Origin: Patescibacteria group bacterium | GTDB taxonomy: Bacteria > Patescibacteriota > Patescibacteriia > UBA1558 > GWA2-36-10 | Assembly: GCA_018819405.1 (NCBI GenBank) | Contig: JAHJQF010000001.1 | Location: forward strand, 665,676-729,675 | DNA: 64,000 nucleotides | Direction: 5' to 3' | Part shown: positions 9,765 to 17,161 of the stretch, piece after piece | How positions within the stretch are numbered: position 1 is the first letter of the stretch | Layout of the letters: every line of letters begins with the position of its first letter | Made by a program: the position numbers and the translations under genes | Notes under the pieces: generated by a model | What the model was told of the DNA's origin: nothing | The model's database searches: none | The model's input: the letters and a program-made list of their open reading frames with translations, nothing else

Positions 9765-10007
9765 TTAGCTCTCGGGAGTTTCCGACATGAGCTGGTCTTT
9801 GTTGTCCAGCAGTCGCTGGCGGACGATCAGAGCTTGCTCGCTCAAGTCTTCCAAGTAGTTGGCCAGCATCTCGACCGTGCAACTCGGACCAATGACACTC
9901 CGAACATCTCGGAGTATCCTCATGATATGGACCAGGTTGATGGAGGTGGAGAGTTCTTCGTTGGTTCCGACCTGTCGGAGCAGTTCGTAAGTGTGAATTA
10001 CTTTCAT
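9765..10007 (-). CDS. Hypothetical 80-aa protein, GC-rich. It has its own promoter, SD and terminator.
   Basis: It has a strong SD (aaggagatcactATG) and a promoter TTGACA-N17-TATAAA at 10059-10087 (minus strand). The terminator hairpin aaaaaccgtcttgtatgaacaagatggtttttc lies at 9697-9729. The overlapping plus-strand ORF 9660..10223 is judged spurious. Confidence 0.55.
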   Translation of the reverse strand: MKVIHTYELLRQVGTNEELSTSINLVHIMRILRDVRSVIGPSCTVEMLANYLEDLSEQALIVRQRLLDNKDQLMSETPES

Positions 10008-10139
10008 AGTGATCTCCTTGGTGGGTGTTTGTGGGTGGGAGGGAACTTTGTATATCTTTTTATATATTATTTAATACTTTTTGTCAATGAAAAAACCGCC
10101 TCACAAGAAGAACGGTTTTTCCCGTTGTTTGAGGGCGGT

Positions 10140-10434
10140 GTTTATTTGCCGAAGATTTCAGCGATATTTCGGCTGATTTCATCACCGGTCAGGGGACATA
10201 GCTCCTTGATGTTGATGGTATAGCCTTCTTGGTTGGTGGTCAGACCTTTTTCCAGGTAGTACCCCCAGCGTACTTGATGCATTTACGGTAGCCTTCGGGC
10301 GCTTGGTTGTGGCAACTACTGGAAATAATGATGCGTAGATTCCGATCAAGTAGCCAGGTGGCTGAAGGCGCCAAATCGCGCTGGTTGATTGTACGGCCAC
10401 ACTGTTTGGTGCAGCCACAGTTGTAGGTGTCCAC
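10140..10434 (-). pseudogene. Cys-rich small protein gene (about 97 aa) disrupted by a 1-nt frameshift in a C5/G5 homopolymer at 10261-10265.
   Basis: A GTG start with an upstream aggaaag SD gives MDTYNCGCTKQCGRT..SSSCHNQAPEGYRKCIKYAGG. The +1 frame then continues YYLEKGLTTNQEGYTINIKELCPLTGDEISRNIAEIFGK and stops with TAA directly before a terminator hairpin at 10089-10122. One extra G in the run would restore a single ORF. Confidence 0.45.
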
Positions 10435-10488
10435 GTCTTTCCTTTCCGGTGATTTGGTGTGGTGGTTGGTACATAAATAATTATTATT

Positions 10489-10515
10489 TCTATAACATTT
10501 TGTCTATTTTGTCAA
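10489..10515 (-). promoter_or_regulatory. Promoter module for the Cys-rich gene. It duplicates the -35 box and spacer of the promoter at 9647-9675.
   Basis: The reverse complement is TTGACAAAATAGACAAAAT GT TATAGA. It shares an identical 19-mer with the other promoter, but here the spacer is 15 nt. Confidence 0.45.
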
Positions 10516-10618
10516 TATAATAGTAAGCTGAGTTGATTTTTTTTCTTATAAATGGGAAAATATTAGAAGTATTAGTGTTGCTAAAATAGGAGATTTCTTA
10601 AAAAATCAGTTTTTCTTT

Positions 10619-11815
10619 ATGCTAAAAAAAATAGTTGTTACAGTTTTGATAATAATATTTTCCTTGGCCGCTTATTTTGGCGGTCAAGCACTTTATTGGT
10701 ATATCAAAAGTGCTCCAGAGCGCGCTTTGGGAAAAGCTCAGGCTCAGGCTGTAGAGGATTTGCTTGTTTTACGTCGGAAAGAGCAGTTGACTAATAGTCA
10801 GGATAATCCTTTTAATGATAATGGCCGAGTTAGTATTCTTTTTATTGGTTTGGACAAGCGAGCAAGCGATGACAATTCTGGACATTGTGATGCTATCCAG
10901 CTGATAGAAATTGATAAAAATATTAATCAAGTGATGATAACAGCTGTGCCAAGGGGTACTTATTCGCCTCTGCCACTGGGCAAGGGCGCGACCTCATCTG
11001 ATTATTATATTTCTAATGCCTGTGATCTGGGTGGTTTGGAATATGGTATCAAACAAATTGAAAAAGTATTGGGCAAAAAGGCTGATTATCTGGCTATAGT
11101 TGGTTTTTCTCAAACTCTAGGTATTTTGCGTAATTTGCAATTGCCGGCAGTGGATACTTTGCGTTGGCTACGCCATCGTCAGAGTTATGCAGTTGGTGAG
11201 CCTCAAAGAGCCCATAATCATTCCACTTTTATCAAGCAAATGGCTCTCAAATATCTAAGTAACGATATTTCTAAAATAGATTTGGCTTGGCAGTATTTAC
11301 TTTACAAAAAAGTGCAGACTGATTTGAGTTTTGACCAAGTAAAAATAATAGTGCGGGCGCTCTCAGAAATGGGCTTGGCGCAAAATCCAGACAATATCAA
11401 ACTTGCTATGCAGCCACCTTATGTAGTAGATGATATTAGCTATGATCCGGAAAATCTAGGCGCTTATCTGGATTCAAGACTGGAGCCAATAAAGCATTTA
11501 TTGTCAGTGGCTGACTATCAAGGACTGGATCAGGAGACGGTGCAGCAAAAATTGCTAGCTAGTATTACAGACCAAAAAGATAATCCCGAGTTTGTCACTT
11601 GGGCTTATCAAAATTATCTTTGGCAGCAAATAGATGATGAAGATTTGCGCTATCAGAATCAATACGATTTACTAGTAGCTTATTTAGATACGATGGAGGA
11701 GGCTAGTGAGCGCCAGGCAGTAATTGGTGATTATATTTTGGAAATGGAATATTATGGAGAAGATTTTTGGGTTCAGGCTGGTCATGAGCTTTTACTCTAT
11801 GAATTGGGTTATTAA
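10619..11815 (+). CDS. LytR-CpsA-Psr (LCP) family cell-envelope phosphotransferase/attenuator.
   Basis: An N-terminal transmembrane segment is followed by VSILFIGLDKRASDDNSGHCDAIQLIEIDKNINQVMITAVPRGTY..CDLGGLEYGIKQIEKVLGKKADYLAIVGFSQTLGILRNL, which matches the LCP domain pattern. Confidence 0.75.
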   Translation: MLKKIVVTVLIIIFSLAAYFGGQALYWYIKSAPERALGKAQAQAVEDLLVLRRKEQLTNSQDNPFNDNGRVSILFIGLDKRASDDNSGHCDAIQLIEIDKNINQVMITAVPRGTYSPLPLGKGATSSDYYISNACDLGGLEYGIKQIEKVLGKKADYLAIVGFSQTLGILRNLQLPAVDTLRWLRHRQSYAVGEPQRAHNHSTFIKQMALKYLSNDISKIDLAWQYLLYKKVQTDLSFDQVKIIVRALSEMGLAQNPDNIKLAMQPPYVVDDISYDPENLGAYLDSRLEPIKHLLSVADYQGLDQETVQQKLLASITDQKDNPEFVTWAYQNYLWQQIDDEDLRYQNQYDLLVAYLDTMEEASERQAVIGDYILEMEYYGEDFWVQAGHELLLYELGY

Positions 11816-11854
11816 ATTTTTAAACAAGATAAAATATAAATAAAGAATAAAATT

Positions 11855-12604
11855 ATGTATATCTCTCTAGATATCGGTGCTACCAATACCCGTATGGCAG
11901 CTAGTCAATCTCTAGATGATGTCCAGTTGACTGCTAAAACTATTTTCCCGACCAATCAATTTTTTGAGTCTGGTATCTCAGAAATTATAATAAAAATCAA
12001 AAAAATTTCAGAACATCCTGAAGCAATTGGTATTGGGATTGCTGGTCGGGTGTCTGAGGGTGAACTGGAGGCCTCTACTAATCTGCCGGATTGGGTAAAT
12101 AAAAAATTAGTCAAAAGACTAAACAATGAATTTGATTGTCCGGTTTATATAGCCAATGACGCTGTGGCTCAGGGTTTGGCGGAAGTTTATTTTGGTCACG
12201 GCTTAAAAGAAAAATTTTTGTATCTGGTCTTAGGTACCGGCTTGGGAGGAGCTATAGTAGATGGTCAAAGTAAAAAAGCGGGCTCTATAAAATTTGATAG
12301 GGAGTTTTTGAGGACTTGGGAGCAAAAATTTGGTGGCAAGAATATAAAAAACATATTTGGCAAATCAGCTGAAAATTTGTCAGACAGCCAGTGGCAAATA
12401 GTGACTGATGATTTTAGCGATTGTATCAAAGATTTGTCTAGTAGAGTGTCGGTAAAATATATTATCTTAAGTGGTGGTATGATAGATAAACAAAAAGATA
12501 GATTTGTCAGGGCTTTATCTAATATCCAAAAGCCAAAGATTTTGTTTTCGGACTTGAGAGATGATATTGGATTATATGGTAGTTTAGCTTTGATAAAAAA
12601 ATAA
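11855..12604 (+). CDS. ROK/BadF-type sugar kinase (glucokinase or N-acetylglucosamine kinase-like).
   Basis: The motifs ISLDIGATNTRMA, ANDAVAQGLAEVYFG and LVLGTGLGGAIVDG match ROK-family kinases. Confidence 0.65.
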   Translation: MYISLDIGATNTRMAASQSLDDVQLTAKTIFPTNQFFESGISEIIIKIKKISEHPEAIGIGIAGRVSEGELEASTNLPDWVNKKLVKRLNNEFDCPVYIANDAVAQGLAEVYFGHGLKEKFLYLVLGTGLGGAIVDGQSKKAGSIKFDREFLRTWEQKFGGKNIKNIFGKSAENLSDSQWQIVTDDFSDCIKDLSSRVSVKYIILSGGMIDKQKDRFVRALSNIQKPKILFSDLRDDIGLYGSLALIKK

Positions 12605-12635
12605 AAAACAACCCGTCGGGTTGTTTTTTTGTTGT
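12603..12635. terminator. Bidirectional intrinsic terminator shared by the convergent ROK-kinase and speH genes.
   Basis: The sequence is aaaaaacaacccgtcgggttgttttttt. Confidence 0.55.
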
Positions 12636-12992
12636 TTATCCTCTATATATATTATGAAATTTCATTTTTTTACCTTTGAAAAAATCTCGGCAAAACTTTT
12701 TGGCTTTTGGTGTAGAAAATTTCTTGCAGCTAAAGATATCAATAAAGACCCGATTGTATATTTCGTCACAATGTACAGTGATATTTGATGTTTGTATCAG
12801 CTGTACAGCTGTATTGCCTTCTAGGTCACCGTCGCCAAACCTTTTGACTATTGGTTTTCCATAAGGAACCATATCAATTTCTTTACACAGATCCAGGCAG
12901 AATTTTCCCAATCCCTTTTTATTAGTAATTGGCTCCCTGTCACAGTCGTAAAGATCAATGGACAAAAGCTGTCCCCAGATTTTTTTATTCAT
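12636..12992 (-). CDS. speH: Pyruvoyl-dependent S-adenosylmethionine decarboxylase proenzyme (SpeH-type).
   Basis: LLSIDLYDCDREPI aligns with the LVAEFYECDREVL region. NTAVQLIQTSNITVHCDEIYNRVFIDIFSCKK aligns with [32 protein letters not shown], and the processing Ser is retained. Length is 118 aa. A TTGATA-N17-TAAAAT promoter lies upstream. Confidence 0.75.
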   Translation of the reverse strand: MNKKIWGQLLSIDLYDCDREPITNKKGLGKFCLDLCKEIDMVPYGKPIVKRFGDGDLEGNTAVQLIQTSNITVHCDEIYNRVFIDIFSCKKFSTPKAKKFCRDFFKGKKMKFHNIYRG

Positions 12993-13117
12993 CTCTTTTA
13001 CATAAAATGCTAAAAGCTTAGTTAATTAAATGTTTGATAATTTTAGCAGAAAGATTTTAAAATATCAATACTTTTTGGGTTATTTGTGGATATCTTTTTA
13101 AAATCAGGGGGAGTATA

Positions 13118-13192
13118 ATGAAAATATGGAAAAGATCAATGATATATGTTACTATGTTTAATAGATTAGATCATTATAATAGGATATATTAA
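13118..13192 (+). CDS. Candidate 24-codon mini-ORF (MKIWKRSMIYVTMFNRLDHYNRIY) with a strong SD. Speculative.
   Basis: It has an SD of the form cagggggagtataATG, which is unusual in this SD-poor backbone. A palindromic hairpin (ctagccaaggtggctag) plus a T-run follows directly. It sits immediately upstream of the repeat-peptide gene. Confidence 0.2.
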   Translation: MKIWKRSMIYVTMFNRLDHYNRIY

Positions 13193-13300
13193 GAAAATCT
13201 AGCCAAGGTGGCTAGGTTAAAGCAACTCTTTTTTTGAAAGGAGGATTTTGTCAGAAGACAGTGCCGCTTTAAACCCTCCACCCCACCTGGAGAGAAAACC

Positions 13301-13609
13301 ATGAAGAAAGTGTTGTACATCGTCATTTTCGCGCTGTTTTCATATTCGCTGGCCTTGGCCGGCGATCCCATCGATGGCAACGACGAGCCGATGAGGTCTG
13401 CTACGACCACGTCTGTGGCCGGCGATCCCATCGATGGCAACGATCATCCGATGAGGTCTGCTACGACCATGTCTGTGGCCGGCGATCCCATCGACGGCAA
13501 CGATCATCCGATGAGGTCTGCTACGACCACGTCTGTGGCCGGCGAACCCATCGACGGAAACGACGGACCGGTATATCTGTGGCAGGTGATTTTCTACCTG
13601 CTGTTCTAG
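13301..13609 (+). CDS. Secreted repeat peptide. A signal peptide is followed by 3.5 copies of a 20-aa unit (A)GDPIDGNDHPMRSATTTSVA and a hydrophobic C-tail VYLWQVIFYLLF.
   Basis: An SD (ggagagaaaaccATG) precedes it. The cleavage site looks like SLALA|G. The repeats are perfect in-frame 60-nt copies, and a terminator hairpin (ggggcacctattagctagtaggtgccc) plus a T-run follows. The locus is GC-rich and the antisense ORF is judged spurious. Confidence 0.6.
   Translation: MKKVLYIVIFALFSYSLALAGDPIDGNDEPMRSATTTSVAGDPIDGNDHPMRSATTMSVAGDPIDGNDHPMRSATTTSVAGEPIDGNDGPVYLWQVIFYLLF
13358..13570 (+). repeat. Tandem direct repeat: three complete 60-nt units (13358-13417, 13418-13477, 13478-13537) and a partial fourth copy.
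   Basis: The unit is gccggcgatcccatcgatggcaacgatcatccgatgaggtctgctacgaccacgtctgtg, with 2-4 substitutions per copy. Confidence 0.9.
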
Positions 13610-13710
13610 AGCCGGCATCAATCCAACCGGGGCACCTATTAGCTAGTAGGTGCCCTGTTTTTTATTATAAACTATAGCTACTATTGTGTTATATTGTTTA
13701 TTTTTGCAAA

Positions 13711-13739
13711 TTGACAATAAACTAATTTTATAGTATTAT
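13711..13739 (+). promoter_or_regulatory. Sigma-70-like promoter for tRNA-Gln(TTG), TTGACA-N17-TATTAT.
   Basis: TTGACA lies at 13711-13716 and TATTAT at 13734-13739, about 20 nt before the tRNA 5' end. Confidence 0.5.
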
Positions 13740-13759
13740 ATCTGCGTATTTTGAACTAT

Positions 13760-13833
13760 TCGGGGATCGTCTAATGGTAGGACAACGGGTTTTGGTCCCG
13801 TCAATCGGGGTTCGACTCCCTGTCCCCGAGCCA
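13760..13833 (+). tRNA. tRNA-Gln (anticodon UUG), with CCA encoded.
   Basis: The cloverleaf was folded by hand. The acceptor stem is tcgggga/tccccga with the U1-A72 pair characteristic of bacterial tRNA-Gln. The D-stem is gtct/ggac. The anticodon stem is acggg/cccgt with loop ttTTGgt. The T-arm is cgggg-ttcgact-ccctg. The discriminator is G and CCA follows. Confidence 0.9.
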
Positions 13834-13961
13834 AACGAACAAGGTGAGTGTAGGCTCGGGTTAAAAAAATCCGAGTCGAAGACGAGGTTCCTAAGATGCT
13901 GTGCAATAGCACAGCGCCCCGAGCCAAACGAACAAGGTGAGTGTAGGCTCGAGTTAAAAAA
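13834..13961 (+). other. Conserved tRNA-Gln 3' trailer module of 93 nt ending in a copy of the tRNA 3' end (GCCCCGAGCCA), followed by a 35-nt partial tandem repeat of its own 5' part. A hairpin terminator follows at 13962-13992.
   Basis: The module 13834-13926 is about 89% identical to 57353-57445, downstream of the second tRNA-Gln. It contains the hairpins cccgagcc..ggctcggg and gctgtgcaatagcacagc. The segment aacgaacaaggtgagtgtaggctcg(g/a)gttaaaaaa occurs twice, at 13827-13866 and 13927-13961. Confidence 0.5.
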
Positions 13962-14052
13962 TAGATGAAATTTATATTTCATTTTTTTATTTGTATATTT
14001 TTTTATTAGATGATAAAATTTAAATCAAGATTGTTAATTCTTATATTATTTT

Positions 14053-14271
14053 ATGGCTAAGAAAAAATTAACTTTGAGTTATTTGGTGGATAATCTTTTT
14101 ATTGTAGTTGGTCTTGTTTTAATTTGGCGGGGCGTTTGGTATATATTGGATGCATTGGATTTGTTAATTTTCAATGGTAATCATTCTTGGACAGCTTTAG
14201 GTGGTGTTGTTTTGGGTTTGTTGATATTGTATTTGCCTGATAAAGATTTGAAAGAAATTAGTAAGTTGTAG
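14053..14271 (+). CDS. Small hypothetical membrane protein, 72 aa with two hydrophobic helices.
   Basis: The ORF contains LFIVVGLVLIWRGVWYIL and ALGGVVLGLLILYL, and an intrinsic terminator (cagagctcttgggctctgtttttt) follows it. Confidence 0.45.
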   Translation: MAKKKLTLSYLVDNLFIVVGLVLIWRGVWYILDALDLLIFNGNHSWTALGGVVLGLLILYLPDKDLKEISKL

Positions 14272-14427
14272 TGAATAAAGATTTTTTTAGGAAAATAAAT
14301 TACAGAGCTCTTGGGCTCTGTTTTTTGTTCCTATTATATTGACATAATAAGTTATTTATATTATAGTTAAATGTTAATTTAGGCACTTTGAAAAGTGAGT
14401 GTTTTCAAAACAGAGGGAGGCAGTAAA

Positions 14428-15609
14428 ATGCGCGCTAGCACAAAGAAAAGTCAGTTTGTCGCCTTGTTTGTTGTTTTTTTGGTCATGGCCATTGGTTTTG
14501 GCTCTGGCTTTGGAAGCGATGAACAGGTGATGGAAATTTGGCACTGGCAAGAGGATTGGCGTCTGGGCGGAGAAGACGAGAGTTTTATCTTCGCCTCAAT
14601 TAGCAAGGTGCTTTTGGGTCATGACAACAATTTGTACATCTTGGATGGCAGAAGTTCCAAGATTTATGTTGTTGCTGTTGCCGATGGCAAGCACCAAAGA
14701 ACCATCAGCATTTCTGGCGAAGGGCCAGGTGAGCTCAGTTTTTCCGGCAATATGTTTTTGATGGGTGATGAGCACATTGGTCTTTTGCGGACCACTCCGG
14801 CCAAAATCGTCTATATTGATTACCAAGGGAAACCTGGGCCAAGCATTTACTTGAATGAGAATCCTTCTGGCATGTTTCTCTCTACCTTTGCCAAATGGCA
14901 AAATGGTATATTGGTTATTGCCGGAAGCAATTCTATTCCCGGAGAAACTTGGCTCGGCCAATACGTTGAGTATGGTGAGAAGTTTCGTTATGTCAACTAT
15001 CCTTTGCGTTCCTTGTTTCTTGAACAAAAGTTAGTGGAAGAGGATACCTATTTTTACTCTTACAAACCTTGGGATCTTGATAAAGATGGCAATCTTTATC
15101 TTGCTCCTTATTGGGGTGATAAGAGTAAAAATGAATATCACTTCAATGTATATGACACGCAGGGGAAAAAGCTACGAGAGATCAGTCATGAATTTGAGCC
15201 ATACGAGCGTTCAAATGAGGAGAAACGCTTGGCAAAGGCTTCACTTGTGGGCGGTGTCGAGGACTTGAAGATGATGGAGAGCTTGGGCGGTGAATGTGTA
15301 GTTGAAGATATTGCGCCAAATATCTTTGACATTACCATTCACTCTGATGGTAGGATTTGGGTGGAAACCAGTCGTAGCGCAAAGAATCAGCCCGAGGGCA
15401 TATTCAAAACCTACGACATTTTCCTGCCAAGTGGCGAGTTTTCCCATCGGGTAGCGCTAGCTTTGCCGGCCAACGGAGAAAAAGACATAGTTTACTTTAT
15501 TTCTGACGACCAGCTCATTGTGGTCAAAGGCCAAAAAGATATATTGAGTTTTGGCGCGTATCCGGATGCCGATGTTTTGGAAATTATTTGCTACTCTCTA
15601 TCAAGGTGA
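14428..15609 (+). CDS. Secreted hypothetical protein (about 393 aa) with a signal peptide; possibly a beta-propeller fold.
   Basis: The SD gagggaggcagtaaaATG places the start at 14428; the track ORF begins earlier, at 14395. The N-terminus is MRASTKKSQFVALFVVFLVMAIGFGSG. GC content is moderate. No family was recognised. Confidence 0.5.
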   Translation: MRASTKKSQFVALFVVFLVMAIGFGSGFGSDEQVMEIWHWQEDWRLGGEDESFIFASISKVLLGHDNNLYILDGRSSKIYVVAVADGKHQRTISISGEGPGELSFSGNMFLMGDEHIGLLRTTPAKIVYIDYQGKPGPSIYLNENPSGMFLSTFAKWQNGILVIAGSNSIPGETWLGQYVEYGEKFRYVNYPLRSLFLEQKLVEEDTYFYSYKPWDLDKDGNLYLAPYWGDKSKNEYHFNVYDTQGKKLREISHEFEPYERSNEEKRLAKASLVGGVEDLKMMESLGGECVVEDIAPNIFDITIHSDGRIWVETSRSAKNQPEGIFKTYDIFLPSGEFSHRVALALPANGEKDIVYFISDDQLIVVKGQKDILSFGAYPDADVLEIICYSLSR

Positions 15610-15734
15610 TAGAGAAAGGAGGTCAAGAGAGGTCAATAAGTATATTGGCCTCTCATTTTTTTTGATCAAAAAAAGAGGACTCGTTTGTAACAGTGACGAG
15701 TCCCCGGAAGAAGTGTCTGGCGCCGAGTTGGTGT

Positions 15735-16058
15735 TTAGGCGCGCAGATGATAGGTGGTCACGGTGTCGCCGGCGTCGTCGACCTCGATAATAGTCGTTTC
15801 TTCGACGTTCTCCGCGGGACCTTGCACGAAGTCCCATTCCCATTCCTGGCCCTCCAGCTGCATGTAGGCCAGACACATCGCGTTCCAGCCCCAGGACTCC
15901 CAGTTGTGCTCCTCGGCTGCTGTGCAAGCGACCGGAAGCAAATCCTGCTCCTGGGTCTCCGAGGAGACAACAGCGGCCTCACTGGTCTGAGGCATGATCA
16001 TGATGATGACACCGATCGCCAAGAAGGCGATGAGTGCCATCGTGGTGAGCTTCTTCAT
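15735..16058 (-). CDS. Small secreted Trp/Glu-rich hypothetical protein (107 aa, signal peptide), GC-rich.
   Basis: The sequence is MKKLTTMALIAFLAIGVIIMIMPQTSEAAV.. with an upstream SD (gggaagagaggaagagATG). Bidirectional hairpins lie downstream at 15625-15735. The overlapping ORFs 15601..15927, 15693..16124 and 15758..15982 are judged spurious. Confidence 0.45.
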   Translation of the reverse strand: MKKLTTMALIAFLAIGVIIMIMPQTSEAAVVSSETQEQDLLPVACTAAEEHNWESWGWNAMCLAYMQLEGQEWEWDFVQGPAENVEETTIIEVDDAGDTVTTYHLRA

Positions 16059-16145
16059 CTCTTCCTCTCTTCCCTTTGGGGTTGGCGGTTACTTGGAATT
16101 TACTATAAGTCTCCTTTGTTCTAGAGTGACGGCCACAATGTAATC

Positions 16146-16805
16146 CTAGGGTGTTTTTGCGGCCAGTGTACCAACGATTCCTATTCTAGTTGGGTCTATG
16201 TCCAAGCCAATGAGTTGGTATTGGCTGTACTTTTTGGGTAAACGGACATAAACAGCATTGGGCCGTTTATTGTAATCCGGTTTATTGTTGAATTGCCGGT
16301 TGAAGACAATAGTGCTTTGCCTTGAATCGTATGGCTTGCCCACATTGCCTTCATAGTAAACAGCTAGACAACCAAGGTCATCGGTTTCCACAATAGAGCT
16401 GTCTGGCGTCAAAAATCGGAAGTGAAAGGCTTTTTGAGAGATATTGATGTCTACTCCATCTTTGATGAAAAATCCTAGGACATAGAAAGCAAAATTTTGC
16501 TTTCTGATTTCCCGTCCCATCATGATTTCCAAGGGGCGGGTCCTTGGTAACGTAGCATCAAACTGTGCGAGCACATCGCTAGGTGCGTTCATACCACGCA
16601 GAGTTTCTTTTTTGTCTGCCATCTGGCTTTCAAACTTGGCGATGTTGAACCAACCGCCCTTGACGATTTTGAAGGAGCTGGTGCTGACCAGCTCATTGTG
16701 GTGGGACTTGGTGGTTGCCTGTGTTTGAATTTGTTGATTGGTCACAGCACAGGCCGAGACCAAAAACACACTTGCCAGCAGGATGATATGTAGAAGGCGT
16801 TTCAT
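16146..16805 (-). CDS. Putative lipoprotein of unknown function.
   Basis: The SD aagaggagctaaaATG precedes it. The signal peptide ends in a lipobox (LVSAC). A promoter-like TTGACA lies upstream at about 16905, minus strand. GC content is moderate. Confidence 0.6.
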   Translation of the reverse strand: MKRLLHIILLASVFLVSACAVTNQQIQTQATTKSHHNELVSTSSFKIVKGGWFNIAKFESQMADKKETLRGMNAPSDVLAQFDATLPRTRPLEIMMGREIRKQNFAFYVLGFFIKDGVDINISQKAFHFRFLTPDSSIVETDDLGCLAVYYEGNVGKPYDSRQSTIVFNRQFNNKPDYNKRPNAVYVRLPKKYSQYQLIGLDIDPTRIGIVGTLAAKTP

Positions 16806-16924
16806 TTTAGCTCCTCTTAGGTCCCAAAAAGAACCTTTTGCTTCAGGGTTAGAGAGTTATTTCAAAGGACCATTCACTTATATCTTTATCATTTTCTTTG
16901 TTTTTTGTCAATATTTAAAAAAAG

Positions 16925-16975
16925 GGGGACTCGCCGTAGCCGGGGGGAATTGGCTACAAATGGCGAGTCCCTGTG
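16925..16975 (-). terminator. Intrinsic terminator on the minus strand, downstream of the response-regulator gene.
   Basis: The stem is gggactcgcc..ggcgagtccc. On the minus strand it is followed by cccttttttt. Confidence 0.5.
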
Positions 16976-17161
16976 CTACCCTCTAGAGGCAGCATTATTA
17001 GCAGTTAAGTATTGACTAACTGCGCAGAGGATAAATGAACATTTTTTCTGGTGGGCTACTTCCTGAGCCACCAGAACAGATAAATGAGCGCCAGACTCAT
17101 CTCATAATGCATGCCGCATTTCCTTTCGTGTGTCTGGGGTTATTTTTCCCCTAGCCAACAA

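Noticed and set aside
9660-10223. The 187-aa plus-strand ORF spanning the GC-rich mini-island.
   Set aside because: It is antisense to two minus-strand genes that each have a consensus promoter, SD and terminator. It lacks an RBS, and high GC inflates random ORF length.
13834-13926. The trailer module as a second tRNA or a tmRNA-like gene.
   Set aside because: It ends in a CCA-containing tRNA-like 3' tail, but there is no 5' acceptor partner (tcggggc), no D-arm or anticodon arm, and no T-loop consensus.
13822-13961. The direct repeats after tRNA-Gln as a CRISPR array, or as attL/attR of an integrated element.
   Set aside because: There are only two repeat copies, and they include the tRNA 3' end. 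The intervening DNA is 50 nt, too short for any element, and the same module is conserved at the second tRNA-Gln locus. No cas or integrase genes lie nearby.
13340-13982. Minus- and plus-strand ORFs overlapping the repeat-peptide gene and the tRNA-Gln locus (13340..13621, 13728..13982, 13736..13927, 13774..13968).
   Set aside because: They are mirror images of the tandem-repeat coding frame or run through a clearly folded tRNA and its structured trailer. There are no start signals.
15601-16124. Overlapping GC-rich ORFs 15601..15927(-), 15693..16124(+) and 15758..15982(-).
   Set aside because: They are Arg/Pro/Gly-rich translations typical of wrong frames in GC-rich DNA. Only 15735..16058(-) has an SD, a signal peptide and flanking terminators.
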